From Lama guanicoe (Eukaryota), in NCBI GenBank assembly GCA_013239625.1, contig MU057344.1:12917276-12981275 (forward strand): 64,000 nucleotides of DNA, written 5' to 3'. Both the position numbers and the translations under genes were made by a program. A model generated the notes under the pieces. It was not told where the DNA came from and did not search any database. It saw only the letters and a program-made list of their open reading frames with translations. The stretch's first letter is position 1; every line of letters starts with the position of its first letter. Positions 13,597 through 26,687 of this stretch are shown in pieces.

Positions 13597-13722
13597 TTAT
13601 TTTATATTTTTTTTAATTTTCTTATTTTATTTACTTATTTGTTTAATGGAGGTACTGGGGATTGAGCTCAGGATCTCATGCATGCTAAGCATATGCTCTA
13701 CCACTCAGCTATACCCACCCCC
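13597..13722 (-). mobile_element. tRNA-derived SINE of camelid (vic-1-like) type
   Basis: Reverse complement GGGTATAGCTGAGTGGTAGAGCATATGCTTAGCATGCATGAGATCCTGAGCTCAATCCCCAGTACCTCCATT with A/B boxes and A-rich tail; possible degenerate TSD ctcaat(c/t)ctg. Confidence 0.85.
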
Positions 13723-13855
13723 CACACCTCTCAATTCTGAACAGAGTTACAAGAGAGTATTGGCCCAGAATACCCCCAAGTCCCAGGATGTGAATTGCTC
13801 ATTGGTCCCAAACCTCAAACCCAACATGCAGCAGTGTCTGTGAAAAGGGCCATAC

Positions 13856-13943
13856 CTGTGGTGGAGTCCAGGGACTCAATAAACTCCTCGGTAGCATCAC
13901 CCAGCAGCCCCCGCATTCGATAAACAATCCTCATGGGCTCTCC
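13856..13943 (-). CDS. UBR4: UBR4 exon GEPMRIVY...LDSTT
   Basis: cttag / GTATGG, 88 nt. Confidence 0.95.
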
Positions 13944-14119
13944 CTAAGCAGAGAAGGTTGGGGAGAAATGTGAACAAGCCCAGAAAATGCAAAAGGACTC
14001 AACACCTGGTCTTGCTTAATGCTTCAGCAATCTGGACAGTTTCTACTTCCCTACAGGGTCTTAACCACAAAATCTAGAATCCAAGTGCACTATAATTCAC
14101 TTCAAGGAAAGGAAGCTAA

Positions 14120-14330
14120 TTTTATTTAGGGTCTATTACAGGCCAGGAATTGTATGAAGCATATTATAGACACTATCTCGTTTAATTTCTTTAAAACTAT
14201 GTAATAACTGTAACAACTATTATTTACTGTTTGTGCTAAGCTGTAATTAAGCACTTTACATTATTCCTTTATTTGAGGCTAAGCAGCTTTTTCAAAGTTA
14301 CTCAGATATAAGACCAGTTCTGTTTCCAAG
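14120..14330 (-). mobile_element. MIR fragments
   Basis: tttatttagggtctattacaggccagg..., tttgaggctaagcagctttttcaaagttactcag. Confidence 0.5.
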
Positions 14331-16187
14331 CCTCCTTCAGGAGTAGAAAATCTCTCTAATCAATAGGGACCCTCTTTAAAGAATTAGGACAAGGGAAGTC
14401 AATTTGATCAAAGAGCTTTGATTCCAGTCTCAGGAATCAAAAGCAAAAAAAACCCAGAATATACCAAGCTTTGCCTATGGAGATCCTGAGTTCTTCATAT
14501 AATCATATAGCAAGGAGAGGATTCATCCACGTTTCCTCAAGCTAAAGCCTACAACCTCATAGAAAGATCAGCAGTAAGTCTCGTAAATTAGAAGATTACA
14601 GCTACTTTCCTAAACTGGAAATGAGACTTTATTCTATACCGGATACCGAGCTAGGCATTCTAGCACAGAGAGTATTATCCTCACTCTGGAGGCAAGAAAT
14701 GGGGGCTTGAAGTCACATTAGATGAAATTAAGTGAGAGAACAGGCATCACACTAATTCAGCCTGCCTGTCTCTAAGCCACGCTCAGCTTTAGGAGAGGAA
14801 ACTCTAAAGGGAAGGAACATGTCAGGCCAGTTCCAGAGCGTTTCCAGCTGTGGAAGCCCAGAGGGAACTAAGAGAGGGAACAGCCATAGACCATGGACAG
14901 AAGGAGACAGAGAGAGAAAACAGGCCCTTACCAGTAGCTGAAGAGATGGACTGTTTATCAGGGAAACAGGGGGTAAAGTAAGAAGGGAAGTTGATGAAGG
15001 CCCAAGGAAAAAGCTGCCATAAACTCTGGACTTTGCCAGAAGAACCCTTTGGTGGATTAAGCACATTCATGTGAAAAAAAACGATCCTCAAATTCTACCC
15101 TGTTTCATGTTCAAAAGAGGAGACACCCATGGGTATTCTTTGGGTTCCATGCCACCATTTACAAGGCTGTCCACAGAAGCTTGGTCTTAATTTTTTATGT
15201 GCATTGAGGATTAAATCTGTATCGTTCTGTTTTGATGCCAGAAAGTCAGTGATTAAGATGCAGTGGATGGAGCAGACCTCTGACTCTGCATGTCCCTCTA
15301 CCAGTGGTGCTATATCCACCCAACTGGCAGCAGACCAACAGCAAACACTGACCAGGGTTCCCAGCACAGTAGAAGAGAAAGGAGAGAAACAAAAATATGT
15401 AACAAATTAAAGGCCAAAGTGTACTAATAGTACACTACCAATTTAGTTTCTTAAACGCTACAGAAATATTTGAGACTAAATATAGAAAAGTTTGCTGTGT
15501 TTCACTGGTACACTAGTTCACTATAATTCAATTACTTAACATTTGTTGATTCATTTACTAAAAATCCCCTTAGTAGAGAAAAGAGATGGAAAGAAACAGA
15601 GGAAGACTGGAAGACAGGAAAGGAAGGAACAAAAGAGAGGAATTAAGAGAAGAGCAGGGAGGGGAGAGTGGAGTATCTAAGACTTCCCTGAGTGGACAAA
15701 CAGAACTGAAGTGTCCAAAAGGACCAGAGTACCTCGCTTCCTTCATTTCCCTTTTCCCTCCGCAAGAACTACTGCCCTTTGAGTCTCAACTGCCCAACCA
15801 GTAAAATAGAAACTATGCTCCTTGACACAGCACCAGAAAATGCTCTGAAAAATGAGCAAGCCCAGAAAAGCTGAGGATTAACCTCAGTTAAGAGACGCCG
15901 TACGCAAAGGGTACAAGACAGCAAGCCATCCCCATCACAGCTTCCTCAGACTCTGCCCAGCCTGGATGCGCACTGCCAGAGACTCTCAGCCTCCCCAAAG
16001 CCCTTCTGTTGGCACCAGGCAGATGCCTCATGAGGACAGGGGACTGGTTTTCTCTAAACACCAACAGGGAAGGAAAGTTCCTTAAATGCTGCTACAAGCT
16101 GGGCAAAGGACAATTAACAACATTCCTAGCACAAGTCTGTGTAAGTCAGGAAAAGTAAAACCACACCCCAAGAAAACAAGCACGTAC

Positions 16188-16268
16188 CTCGTTCGTGGTA
16201 CACCAGACCTTCTTGTAAACCTCGGCCACAGGAAGGTCCAAACTGATGATTTTATTGTTCACTAGGAG
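16188..16268 (-). CDS. UBR4: UBR4 exon LLVNNKII...CTTNE
   Basis: ttcag / GTACGT, 81 nt. Confidence 0.95.
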
Positions 16269-16958
16269 CTGAACAGAAAAGAAGACGAGGCTGTTATTCC
16301 AAACAACTGTAAGGCAAGTACATTCTAAGATCAAAGGGCACTTTATGGCACAATGTGTGTGTATCAGGGGCCTACCGCCTCTCCTTCTCTAAAAAGCACA
16401 CGTGTGTGCACAACACACAGAATTCTGTGCACAATTTCAGGGGTTACAAACAGCCTTAACCCAAACCATGGACTCGAAGTTAAAAACCCCTGCAGAGAAC
16501 CTTCTCCTAGCCTGAGCCCACTTCAGGCTGCGCACCAGCACAAGCACTTTTCTCTATTTTACCCAACATGCTTTTCACCACGTACAGGATAACTCCAGAC
16601 CTAGTGCTGTCTGCCAGAAGACCCCAGACCCAGGGCCAAAAATCTACACAAGGGCTAAAGTGCCAGTCTTTAGGGAGCTTAATTAACCTGGAATCACAGG
16701 GAAGCTTCTGCCCGAGCAACAAGAATAAAAGCCTATGCCACGACAAGCAACAGCCACCAACCATTCGCTTACCACATGCCTGACGCCGGCAGAGCCTACT
16801 ACAGGCAATTACCCTGAATGCCAGGTGAGGTTGGTAGGTGGGAATCACTAGCCCCCATTTACAGATGTCCAAGGTTAATTAGCTACTAAGGGAGAGGAAC
16901 CTGGAACTGATCCCAGCCCATGTGCTTAACCACGACAGCGGCGTCCTATGCTTGTTAC

Positions 16959-17156
16959 CTCCATCCCACTATCGTCCTCNNNNNNNNNNNNNNNNNNNNN
17001 NNNNNNNNNNNNNNNNNNNNNNNNNNNNNNNNNNNNNNNNNNNNNNNNNNNNNNNNNNNNNNNNNNNNNNNNNNNNNNNNNNNNNNNNNNNNNNNNNNNN
17101 NNNNNNNNNNNNNNNNNNNCCAGGGTCACGAAGAACTCAGTGACTTCATTCTCCTC
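16959..17156 (-). CDS. UBR4: UBR4 exon EENEVTEFFVTL[N-run]EDDSGME
   Basis: Both ends visible (tttag / GTAACA); 198 nt including the 140-nt N-run, in frame. Confidence 0.9.
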
Positions 17157-18052
17157 CTAAAGGACAGAGAGAAGGAAGCATCAGAAGGGATGGCAGAGGC
17201 CTCTTGGATTCAGGCCACGCCACCTTGTCCATGGACACTCTGAGGGAAGCACACCAAACTCATCCAGCTCTTTACACATTGACAGATATAAAGGACAGAA
17301 AGCCCAGAGGCGGTTCCAAAAGTCCAAATACAATTCACACAGCCTTACATATCAGGCATCTTCTCTGAAACTCAAGGTGGGTAGAAGAGAAAGCCTAACA
17401 AAATAAGCAGATGAGGAGTAACTCATGAAAGCTGTATTGCTAAAGTGAGGGCAGAGGGAGCTTTCCCCCTCCTGCTCGTCTCATGTGACGCTAACCCATC
17501 TGGGGCCAGATGACTCTGCCGCTGGTGACTCTCAAGTCAGGGAAAGGGTCTTCTCTATATTGCATAATATTCAGGCAAGCTCAACCCTGACGATCTCTCA
17601 GTCTCATCATTAACTGAGGAGACTGGTGTTTTTCATCCTTCCTCAGTAACGGGATCTCTGGATAACATGCTTCCATATACAGTTCAGGCTAGGGAAACAA
17701 ATACACATGCATGCACAAAATGTGGGCGGGGAAGGGGGGAAGGGAGTCAAAATTTCCTTATGCTCTAACTCAACACAGCTTCTTTCATAGCATATTGGAT
17801 TAAAAAAAAAAAAAGACTGGCTTGACCTTGAATCTAGGAAATAAGACTAAGGAAGGTCTTTAGATTTCCCATCATCAGGAACAGGAAAAGTGTGAGGCTG
17901 GTCTGTTTTACATCAGTGGAGCTTCCTAAAACACGGACTAAATGGCCCCACAGCTGGTAAGATTGCCCATGACTATAAGGAGCCACCAAAAGTCTTCCTG
18001 CAAAATGGCTCACGCCGACACCCTTAGAACCATGGGAAGCACCACTGCTTAC

Positions 18053-18174
18053 AGGATAAATGATGCTGCAGAGCCGCTCAAAGATGAAGACAGGAGTCCG
18101 GTAGTCATCCAGATTGTAGCGCTTGGCTGTCTCAATGCACACGGCCATGAAGGCCTTGGTTTCCGACTCTGTAC
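18053..18174 (-). CDS. UBR4: UBR4 exon (G)TESETKAF...SIIYP
   Basis: ggcag / GTAAGC, 122 nt. Confidence 0.95.
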
Positions 18175-18999
18175 CTGCCAGAAATCAACGTGGCCAAGTC
18201 AGTTAGGAAAGAGCTTCTCACACAAAAATGAAGATGAGACTTTAAGCGAAGTTCCATCACTGACAGATTCTCTCTGCCTAGTAAGTCTTTAAATGCCCTA
18301 TGTGGCAATATCAATATTTCAATCAGAAACTTGAAAGTGATTGGTTTTTATACTCAGATCACATTCCATTTGAAAGCCTTAATAACCAAGTCAACAAAGA
18401 GCATCGGGCAGCTGTGTACATGTCTTGCTCCCTCTTGGAGTTATAACCTTGTATCCTCTCGCCCGAAATAGGAACTCAGAAATGCCAAATAATGATCCTA
18501 ACTGCACTGCACTCAAGTCGAAAGGAAGTTATAGTTTTCAGCTTCATCCTACAAGATTAGACAGGTTGCCCTCTATAAGCCAAAGAAATAACTTCAAGTC
18601 ATACAAAAAAGTAATAAACTCTCGAAAAGGACCCAGTTGACAAGGTCACAAACCAGCTCAGCACGGGAGCTGAAAATGGCACCAGGAGGACCTCTGTGTC
18701 TGGCAGGCAACACGGTAGACTGTGTTCCCTGACCTACTTTTCACTTCTCCATTTAAAAATAATTTAAAATACTAAGTAAAAAGGTATCACTGAACTGCCA
18801 CATGAACAAAGACTATAAGCCAAAAACTAAGAAAAATCAGGAACCCAGGAAGGTTAGCAAAACACTGAGGCTGATTTTTGCCATGAACTCTGGTTTCCCC
18901 AACCCGCCCAGATTTGAGAGCTGGATACAAAGCCTCAAATCCGCCAAGGTGGAGAGTCTGGCAGAAGCCCCCACAATCCCACATATATAGATGTAAATC

Positions 19000-19790
19000 T
19001 GGTACCCCAAAGAGCTACATCCTTGGTGTAGCGATCAACTAAAAATAACTCCCTTTCCCCGCAAGCAAGTCAATGAAAGGAAATTGTCTTCCCTTAAACT
19101 GCGGCACTGAGCAAAGGGGGAAAACACCTGAGAACTCATAACAAGCTGCCCTCACAGGGGTTTGAGGCTCAAACTACCTAGGAGGGCTGAAAAATCTAAG
19201 TTCAGAACTTTGCTGAAGGTGGCTCTGGGATAGCAGTGCCCTGAGATGCCTCACAGAAGCAATTACAAATTTTCTCTGGAAAAACCCATCTTTGATTCAG
19301 GTCCTGAAGAATTTCCACAGATAAACACACCAAACACAAGCCTGTAGTCAAAAAAAAAAAAAATCACAAAATGCAAAAAGCTTTAAGGCACCATAGGCAA
19401 GAGCCAGAATGACTAAAACACAATTAGAACAATAAATATTTCAAATTTTAGAGTTATCAGACACAGAAACATGTTTGCTAGGCTGAAAAGATTATAAAAG
19501 GGACGGTAAATGTCAGTCAAAACAAAACTAAAGACTATAAAATCTATGTAGAACTATAAGGATTCAATCAGTGTACTAAACAGACAACACAGAGTGAAGC
19601 AAAAATGAATGAACTGAATGACATGGTACAGAACAGAAGAAATTACCTAAAATCAGCATAAAGATACAATGAGATGAACGCTATGAAAAGGAGGTGAAGA
19701 GACCCAGATGGCAGAGTGAGAGTGGAGCTCCACAAAGACAAGGGAGACAGGAGCAAAAGCAACTGGGGAGATCACGGCTGAGAATCTTCC
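19000..19790 (+). mobile_element. Degraded old L1 (5'/ORF1-like) fragment
   Basis: A-rich, tcaaattttagagttatcagacacag, gaatgaactgaa...agaagaaattacc patterns typical of L1M ORF1 remnants. Confidence 0.5.
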
Positions 19791-20070
19791 AGAACCAACA
19801 AAAGACACCAATTTGAGAACTCTTGACCTCTTCCTGCATTAACTATGAGCTCAAAATGAAAAGCCCACATTGACTGAGCCCAGCTCTGGAATTTCACAAC
19901 CCCAAGAACCAATAGTCTTGAGAGAAATTTCTTCTCCTCCTCACATTCAAGGAAAGATGTTTGCGGCCCCTGCTCTGGCTCCGAGGAACTCGCGGAAATC
20001 TGACTAGTGCACTTAGGCGGAGCCAGAGGGGACAAGGGGGTCCTGGGCTGCAGGCCCCAGGCGCTGCTAC

Positions 20071-20244
20071 CTGTGGTCATGTCCTCCAGCATCTCCAGCA
20101 GCATGTCCTGGGTCTCATCGATCAGCTTGGTCCTCTGTACCACCAGCTTCCGCAAGCACAGGTATCCATTCAGCACGGTACCCACCAAGCGACTTTTAAA
20201 GTGTCTTTTGATGGATTCCACCTCGACAAAGGAGGAAAGAAGGC
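20071..20244 (-). CDS. UBR4: UBR4 exon (G)LLSSFVEV...EDMTT
   Basis: cacag / GTAGCA, 174 nt. Confidence 0.95.
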
Positions 20245-20573
20245 CTGTGGGGACAGGAAGAAGTTACTGCAAGAGCTCAGTTGAAAATATAAGCAAAGAA
20301 GGTCCATGCCTTCAAAAGATTATGAGCAACTCAAAAGCAGGGAAAAGCTACCTTGGTGCTTAGCATGGAGCAGGTGCTTAATGCCGTGAACTAAGCAATA
20401 GCCGAGAGGCGTTCAAAAATGTAAACCCATCAATGAGGAGAAAAATGCAGAACTTAAAATGCATTATGGTCAACAGGGAGGGACGACAGTCAACCTCAGC
20501 ACCCAGGAACTAAGGGTCGGCTCCCAAACTATACCCAGGGTGCCCTAAAGGAAGGGCCGGGGGCTCTCTCTAC

Positions 20574-20655
20574 CTGTGAGACTCTTGAGGGCATAGCCCT
20601 GCTGCAGATCAGTGCTCAGGGTGGCCTCCTCCAGGGCCAGCAAGCGGGCTATTTC
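20574..20655 (-). CDS. UBR4: UBR4 exon EIARLLAL...LKSLT
   Basis: tgtag / GTAGAG, 82 nt. Confidence 0.95.
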
Positions 20656-20939
20656 CTACACAGGATGATAACAAGCACAGTGAGTGTGACAGCACTGCCC
20701 ACAACACTGGTCAACTCCACCGCTGGTCCGGCAGCTTGTAGCACAAACCAAAGACACTCCATAGTCACTGTCATTTTATTCTAATGATCCCTCAGGCTAA
20801 ACCTTTGCAGAACTCCTTCAAGAAGCCAAGGACAGTGGCAATGATGTTAAGGGACTGCTTAAAAAGGGGAACAGCCTAAATGCCCCTAAACAAATTGCTA
20901 CATCTTTGTGATAAATACAATAAAGTCATAAAAACACTA

Positions 20940-21247
20940 CAGGCATACCTCAGAGATAATGCGGGTTTGGTTCCAGACCACTGCACTAAGGCAATTATTG
21001 TAATAAAGTGAGTCACACCAATTTCTTGGTTTCTCAGCACACATAAAAGTTGTATCTACACTCTACTGTAGTCTGGTAAGTGTGCAACAGCATTATGTCT
21101 AAAAAACCAACATATATACCTTAATTTTAAAATAATGTTGTTAGAAAAATGGTAGCAATAGTCTCACTGGACACAGGGTTGCCACAGACTTTCAATTTAC
21201 CAAAATTATGCAATATTGGCGAAATGCAATAAAGTGAGGTATGCCTG
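20940..21247. mobile_element. Tigger1-derived non-autonomous DNA transposon (TcMar)
   Basis: Perfect 13-bp TIRs caggcatacctca / tgaggtatgcctg, TA on left and CA on right; internal ggttccagaccactgc as in Tigger1 end. Confidence 0.9.
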
Positions 21248-21358
21248 CATTTTCAACAAATATTTCTTCGCAGCATAGAAGACCACCGCAAGGTTTACGG
21301 AGAGAAAGAGGACAATGAAAACAGAGCCAGGGAGAGGGGCTCTCCTGGGCTGGGCTAC

Positions 21359-21500
21359 CTTGGTGATGAGGTTGCCTACATAGGGCAGGACGCCTCGAGC
21401 TGCCAGGTAGACTTTCCAGTGAGCTGAAGTGATGAGCTTCTGGTAGAGAGCCAGGTACTCGGCGGCACACTCGCCAGCGATGCTCAACTCATCCAGGTAA
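21359..21500 (-). CDS. UBR4: UBR4 exon (S)YLDELSI...GNLITK
   Basis: ggcag / GTAGCC, 142 nt. Confidence 0.95.
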
Positions 21501-22170
21501 CTGCCACGGAGAGACAGGGCACTGAGAGCTCAAATACCTCCAACAATCCTAACAGATCCTCCGTGCTCTGCCACCTTTCCTGTCTCTGCTGTCCTTCAGG
21601 GACCCAAGAAAACCCCAACTCCCCACTCGGGAACTCCCCACACTTGGGAAGAGCTCAAGAGCACACAACAGGCAATGTGATGCCACAAACTATACACATT
21701 TGGAATAAACAGCAAAATACGAATGGTGGCTATCTGGGCTGTGAGACTGCAGTTTTGACTGAGCCACTCACAAGGCAAGTTCCCACAGCATTTAATGGCT
21801 AATAACGTGGGCTGTGGAATTAGACTGGATTCAACTCTGATCTTCTAGAGGACAAATTAATTAACCACTTCAAGCCCAAGTAAGGATTAAAAGAGGTAAT
21901 GCATGCCACTCATTTATAAGCTCACAAGATCTCACACCAGCCGCTGGTTCTGCTGCTCTGTTACTACTACTACCACTACCACTTCTAAAACTCTTTTTTT
22001 TTTTAATTGAGCTTTTTGATACTTTTTGCTCCTGTGGTCTTCTACAAGGAATGAGACAGTTACAGAGCACAGGTGTGCCTCCCACTGCTCTGATCTATGG
22101 ATCTATGGGAAAGCAGAAGGGGGTCTAGAAGAAGTCCAGCCATGCTGTCCATCCCGCCCTCAAATAGTAC

Positions 22171-22280
22171 CTGGTGAGGAGGTCGAGGACCTGCTGCTTG
22201 CGGCTGGGAATGGTGGCTAGAGCCTCCACGATGGTACAGGCTGCCTGCCGTGCAGCCTGCGTCGCCGGAGTGAAGAGCAC
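22171..22280 (-). CDS. UBR4: UBR4 exon VLFTPATQ...LDLLT
   Basis: tgcag / GTACTA, 110 nt. Confidence 0.95.
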
Positions 22281-22999
22281 CTGCAGGGTGTAGAGAGAAG
22301 CCCTGGCTCAGGGGATGGCCTGTCTTGCCAGGCCTCCAGCAGGGGGCCACCCAACCAGAAGGAGTCCTCGGAGCACCTCTTCAGGAAAAGGTTAAAGGTA
22401 AGAATGACCAGCTAACACAAGGTCTGACTGCTGCAGACTGGGAAAGAGGCTGCTTAAGAGCCACCTTCCTCATGGAGATTTTCTCCATCAAGTAGTTTGG
22501 AGAACATATCCAAGATGACCAAACTAGGAAAAAAGACAAGCAGGTATTTTCTATAATTCTATTCTGGAGACATCTACATGCTAAATACTTACATTTAATA
22601 TAAACCAAGTATTTTATGTTACACGCTAACAGACAAATGGATTCTCTAAAATATAGTTACTCTAATCTTTCAAAGCATTAGTTGGAAAGAGGGGATGGAC
22701 AGCAGAAGACATGAAAGGTGGAACGGCGAACAGGGAGGGAAGGCACTGAGTTAAGTGCTCCGGGAGGAGAGGAGAGAGGAGGAGCCTGATGAATGGCGGA
22801 GAAGAGCTCTGTTTCGGCCAGTCCACCGTGCCAGCGCCTGCAACCAAGATCCTCTACCTACTTCCTATCTGAGAGGAAGCAAGAACAGCAAAGAGAAAGA
22901 AGAGCAGGCGGAGCTGACAGGCAGGGAGGAGCAGAAACACCCTGCTCGGTATCTGGGGCCAGCGCAGCAGGGCGAGGGGCGTGGGAGACGGCCACTCAC

Positions 23000-23157
23000 T
23001 TGCCGCAGCCAGTTGTTATGGCCGAGTTTGAGATCCAAGGGGGAGGTCCTCTTCCCCCGACGACTCAGGAACTGCTTCCACCTCCACACGTACTTCTCGG
23101 TCAGATAGAGATGGCGGAGCTCTGACTTGCTGGGGGACTTCCCGTTACCCTCAATCC
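23000..23157 (-). CDS. UBR4: UBR4 exon (G)IEGNGKSPSKSELRHLYLTEKYVWRWKQFLSRR...WLRQ, calmodulin-binding helix
   Basis: gctag / GTGAGT, 158 nt; basic amphipathic segment corresponding to the known CaM-binding region of p600. Confidence 0.95.
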
Positions 23158-23281
23158 CTAGCAGGCAAAGGGGTGCAGGGAAAGGTAAGGAAAAGCGAAA
23201 GGGGGAAAAGAGGGGGGCAGTGGGGCTGTCAGGACAGGGGTAGGAATGGCTGATTTCCAAGTCCTGAAGAGAGAGACACAC

Positions 23282-23411
23282 CTCTGATGGGAAGACACTT
23301 CTTCCAGGCTTCGTAGGAGGCTTTGGGGTCTCTCTTGAGCCAGAGTTGTGCCTGGGCATGGATCTCGTTGCAGTACGGCTTCACTGTGGTGAGGGCCTCG
23401 ACCGGAACATC
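23282..23411 (-). CDS. UBR4: UBR4 exon DVPVEALT...CLPIR
   Basis: tgcag / GTGTGT, 130 nt. Confidence 0.95.
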
Positions 23412-23821
23412 CTGCAGGAGGAAAGCGGACCGAGGTGAGAGAGCACCAGGGCACACTGGAGCCCCAGCCCCAACAATGGCACTGGTACCCCAAGGGGACG
23501 TACACAAAGGCCAGAAGGTCAGAAGGATCAACATGCACAACTTTCATGCCCCGTATGTGTTCCTGTTTAAGCATTTTGATCCAGTTTAGCAGCAGCACCT
23601 GCATGCTGAGCTCACGGTCACTGATTTTGGCAGTGCAGGATAGGATGTAACTGGCTTCCTACAGACAGTCCTATAGCCACACACAGTAATTCCTATCCCA
23701 AGGCTGATTTGTAGTTTCCAAAAATAAATCTTCAAGGGGTCACTGAGCAGTCTCCAGAATTTAAAGAGCCATTACTAATCAGAATTAGCCTCACAGCAGA
23801 GCCCCAGACAGCACTCCAAAC

Positions 23822-24976
23822 CAGTGGTTCTCAAACTTTTCAGCCACGGGACATCACTATACTCTTAAAAATTACTGAAGCTTCCAAAGAGCTCTTGTAT
23901 GTGTGTTTTTTTCCATTGATATTTATCATATTAAAAATTAAAGTTCAGTAATTCTTAAAATATTACTAATTCATTTAAGAACAAATCCATACCTGTCAAC
24001 CTAAATGACTTTTTTTATATTTTCCAAAACAAAAATAATCTAGAGAAAGGAGTGGCACTGTTTCATATTTTGTAAATCACTTAATGACTACCTTTATAGG
24101 ACAGCTGGATTCTTATACCTGCTTCTGAGTTCAAACTGCTGTGATACATTGTTTTAGCTGTGGAATACAAAAAATATCCAGCCTCACACAGATACACAGT
24201 TGGAAAAAAGAGAGTATTTTAATAGGTTTTTTAATTAATTTTGATTTTTGATAGTAAATCAAAAAATTCAACAAAGTACAGGTTCTTAACGGTTGGCGGG
24301 AATGTGGAATCTGAAATCAATCAATAAATGTTTCATATTCCATTCCACTAAAATTCATCCTCTGCTGATGCATGATTCAGTAACCTGCCCTGGTCATTTG
24401 CATAACACTGGTTCACTGAGTTACGTCAATTCCTCTTTAAGTGACAGGTTCACTTCATTCACTTTTCAAGAAAATGTCTGCCAAGTACCCAATTCTGAAT
24501 AACCACAATTCACAATTCACCCATCAGTCGTTCTATGAGCACAAATGAGGTTCCATGAAATAAGCAGCTGGTCCACCCTGCACCCCAGTCACACAAGTGC
24601 TTTCCCCCAGGATGCCCACTGCACCTCAGCACGTCACAGAAGACTGTCTGCGTACCTCACACACTGTCACACTGAATGTTAAAAAGACTGGTACTCAAGC
24701 GCCAAGATTTACTAAAATTAATTTGTAATGCATGATCAAGGATGCTCGTGAATGAAACTGCCGGCAGTGAAGAGCACGGCCCCGAGCCCAGCAGGGCGTC
24801 CCCACCTCTTCACGCTTAGCACCAGCAGCCCTGCCACACTGATTCCGCACTCAGCACAAAGGCCACAAGAGTGCCAAAAATCTTGGGAAAATTATGAAAA
24901 TAATGTTGACCTCACAGATTCCCTGATCATCTTGGGAACACCTACGGATCTGTGAGCTGAACTTTGAGAACCACTG
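23822..24976. mobile_element. hAT Charlie1-family internally deleted element
   Basis: TIRs cagtggttctcaaa / tttgagaaccactg; degenerate 8-bp TSD ctccaaac / ctcaatct; about 1.15 kb. Confidence 0.85.
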
Positions 24977-25719
24977 CTCAATCTAGGCTAAAACTAAGCA
25001 AAATGTGAATACAGACACTGGGCTTCGGTGGTTAGAGGGTAAGAACCCTGGGGGAATCTTTCACCTCACACTGTTTAAAAAATAACAGTTACGTGCGGAA
25101 GCGGTTCCTCTTTGCAATCAAGAACCAATTTTTATTTGCTGGGAATGAGCTCTGAGGGGAAATAAATTTTGACCAAAGAGAAGGAAGGAGGATCCCTCAG
25201 ACGTGTCTTTTTCTGAGGACTGTCCAGGCAGACCAGGAAAGGGAGTACACTGCTCACCATCCCACTTCCTCCCTCGTGCTTACCACACAGAATCCTGCAA
25301 TGAAGACTCCATTTCTCACCAAGGGATTCCATGAAGGAGGAGCAGGAATCAGAATGGCCCAAGGACTACAGAGGTGGATAGGAGGCAGACAGCCCCAGGC
25401 ACGGCCAAGGGAAGGGACTACGGCCCGCGTAGTCTACAAACTGGTACAAGCAAGTCAATCTGTGGCTGGACTATCATTATTTTAGGATTAACAATGGCTT
25501 TATTTATTCACTTAACAATGATTTACCAAGTGGCTATTATATGCTAGATACCATGCTATGCACTGGACCAAAAAACAAAAACAAAAACAAACAAAACAAT
25601 TAGTGAAACTGTCCCTGGATTCCAAGAGCTCACAGCCAGCCTAGCAGAGGAATGGGGCATCCAAAGAGCAGCTAACAAAGTGAAGGAGAGCATTCTAGCA
25701 GAGACGACGCCACACAGCC

Positions 25720-25950
25720 ACAACTACCATTTATTGAGGACTAACCTGGGCCAGACACTGCTCTGAGTGCTCAATCTGCATTAAATCATTTATTCTTCCC
25801 AGCACTACAAGGGGAAAACTGTATTCCCATTTTATAGATGGGGTAACTGAGAAATCTAAGTACCTTGCCCAAGTCACAATGCCAGTCTACGGAAGAGCTG
25901 GGATTTGAAACCAAGAAATCTGCCCCAGAGCCCGGGGCCTTCACCACTGC
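25720..25950 (-). mobile_element. MIR SINE
   Basis: catttattgagg...cccattttatagatggggtaactgag...cttgcccaagtcaca...gggatttgaaacc. Confidence 0.85.
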
Positions 25951-26316
25951 ACAAAACTCCACGTGTAAAAGGAACAGGGGTGGGAAAGAGCACCGAGCCC
26001 CTGAGTGCTGACGATCACCTGACGCGACTGAAGAAAGAGGCAGCCCTCCATGGCTAAGCGCTTTGCGCTCGCCTTCAGTGGACGTGTGGGGTACTTTGCT
26101 CTATGTATTTTTTTTCGTCTTTACTCTTGACTTTCCTCCAAGAAAACTTCCGTCTCAAAATCCTCAACTGGTCGCCGCTGACCTGTCACAAGGGAAGCAC
26201 TGGCGCCCCCGCCAGGTCAGGGGAGATCAGGGTGGGCAGAGGCCTTGAAGAGGCAGGACAGGCGCTGGCCAGGGCCTGAGGGGGCTGCTGCCCTGCTGTC
26301 CCGCTTGGCCCAGTAC

Positions 26317-26444
26317 CTTGTTCTTCTTGCTAGTTGGGGCAGGTGGTTTAATCAGCTTCTGCAAGATCCGCAGGCACATGAGGGTGATGTTCTCAACAAC
26401 CACGGGAGTCTTGATGTTCACAGCCATGAGGAAGAGGCTGAGTG
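26317..26444 (-). CDS. UBR4: UBR4 exon (A)LSLFLMAV...SKKNK
   Basis: cctag / GTACTG, 128 nt. Confidence 0.95.
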
Positions 26445-26602
26445 CTAGGGACAGGAAAGAAAGGCAGAGTCATGACCACTAAACAGCCAGCCTGTCCAAG
26501 TGTAGCTTCCCCTGCCCTCTCCCGCTCTGTGCTTAAGACTGCACCCAGGAGCCTCCTCTCTTTCTCTGAAAAGCTGCTAACCAGATGTTCCCCCAAACTC
26601 AC

Positions 26603-26687
26603 CACAGCGTAAGCGAAGTTCCCAGCAGCTGTCCTCCTTCGAGATAGAGTCTGTGAGCAACAGCATTTCATACTGAAGGCTACTTGC
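26603..26687 (-). CDS. UBR4: UBR4 exon ASSLQYEM...ELRLRC
   Basis: tctag / GTGAGT, 85 nt. Confidence 0.95.

Noticed and set aside
13645-13722. tRNA-like sequence
   Set aside because: SINE head with A-rich tail, degenerate B box and no proper acceptor stem; not a tRNA gene.
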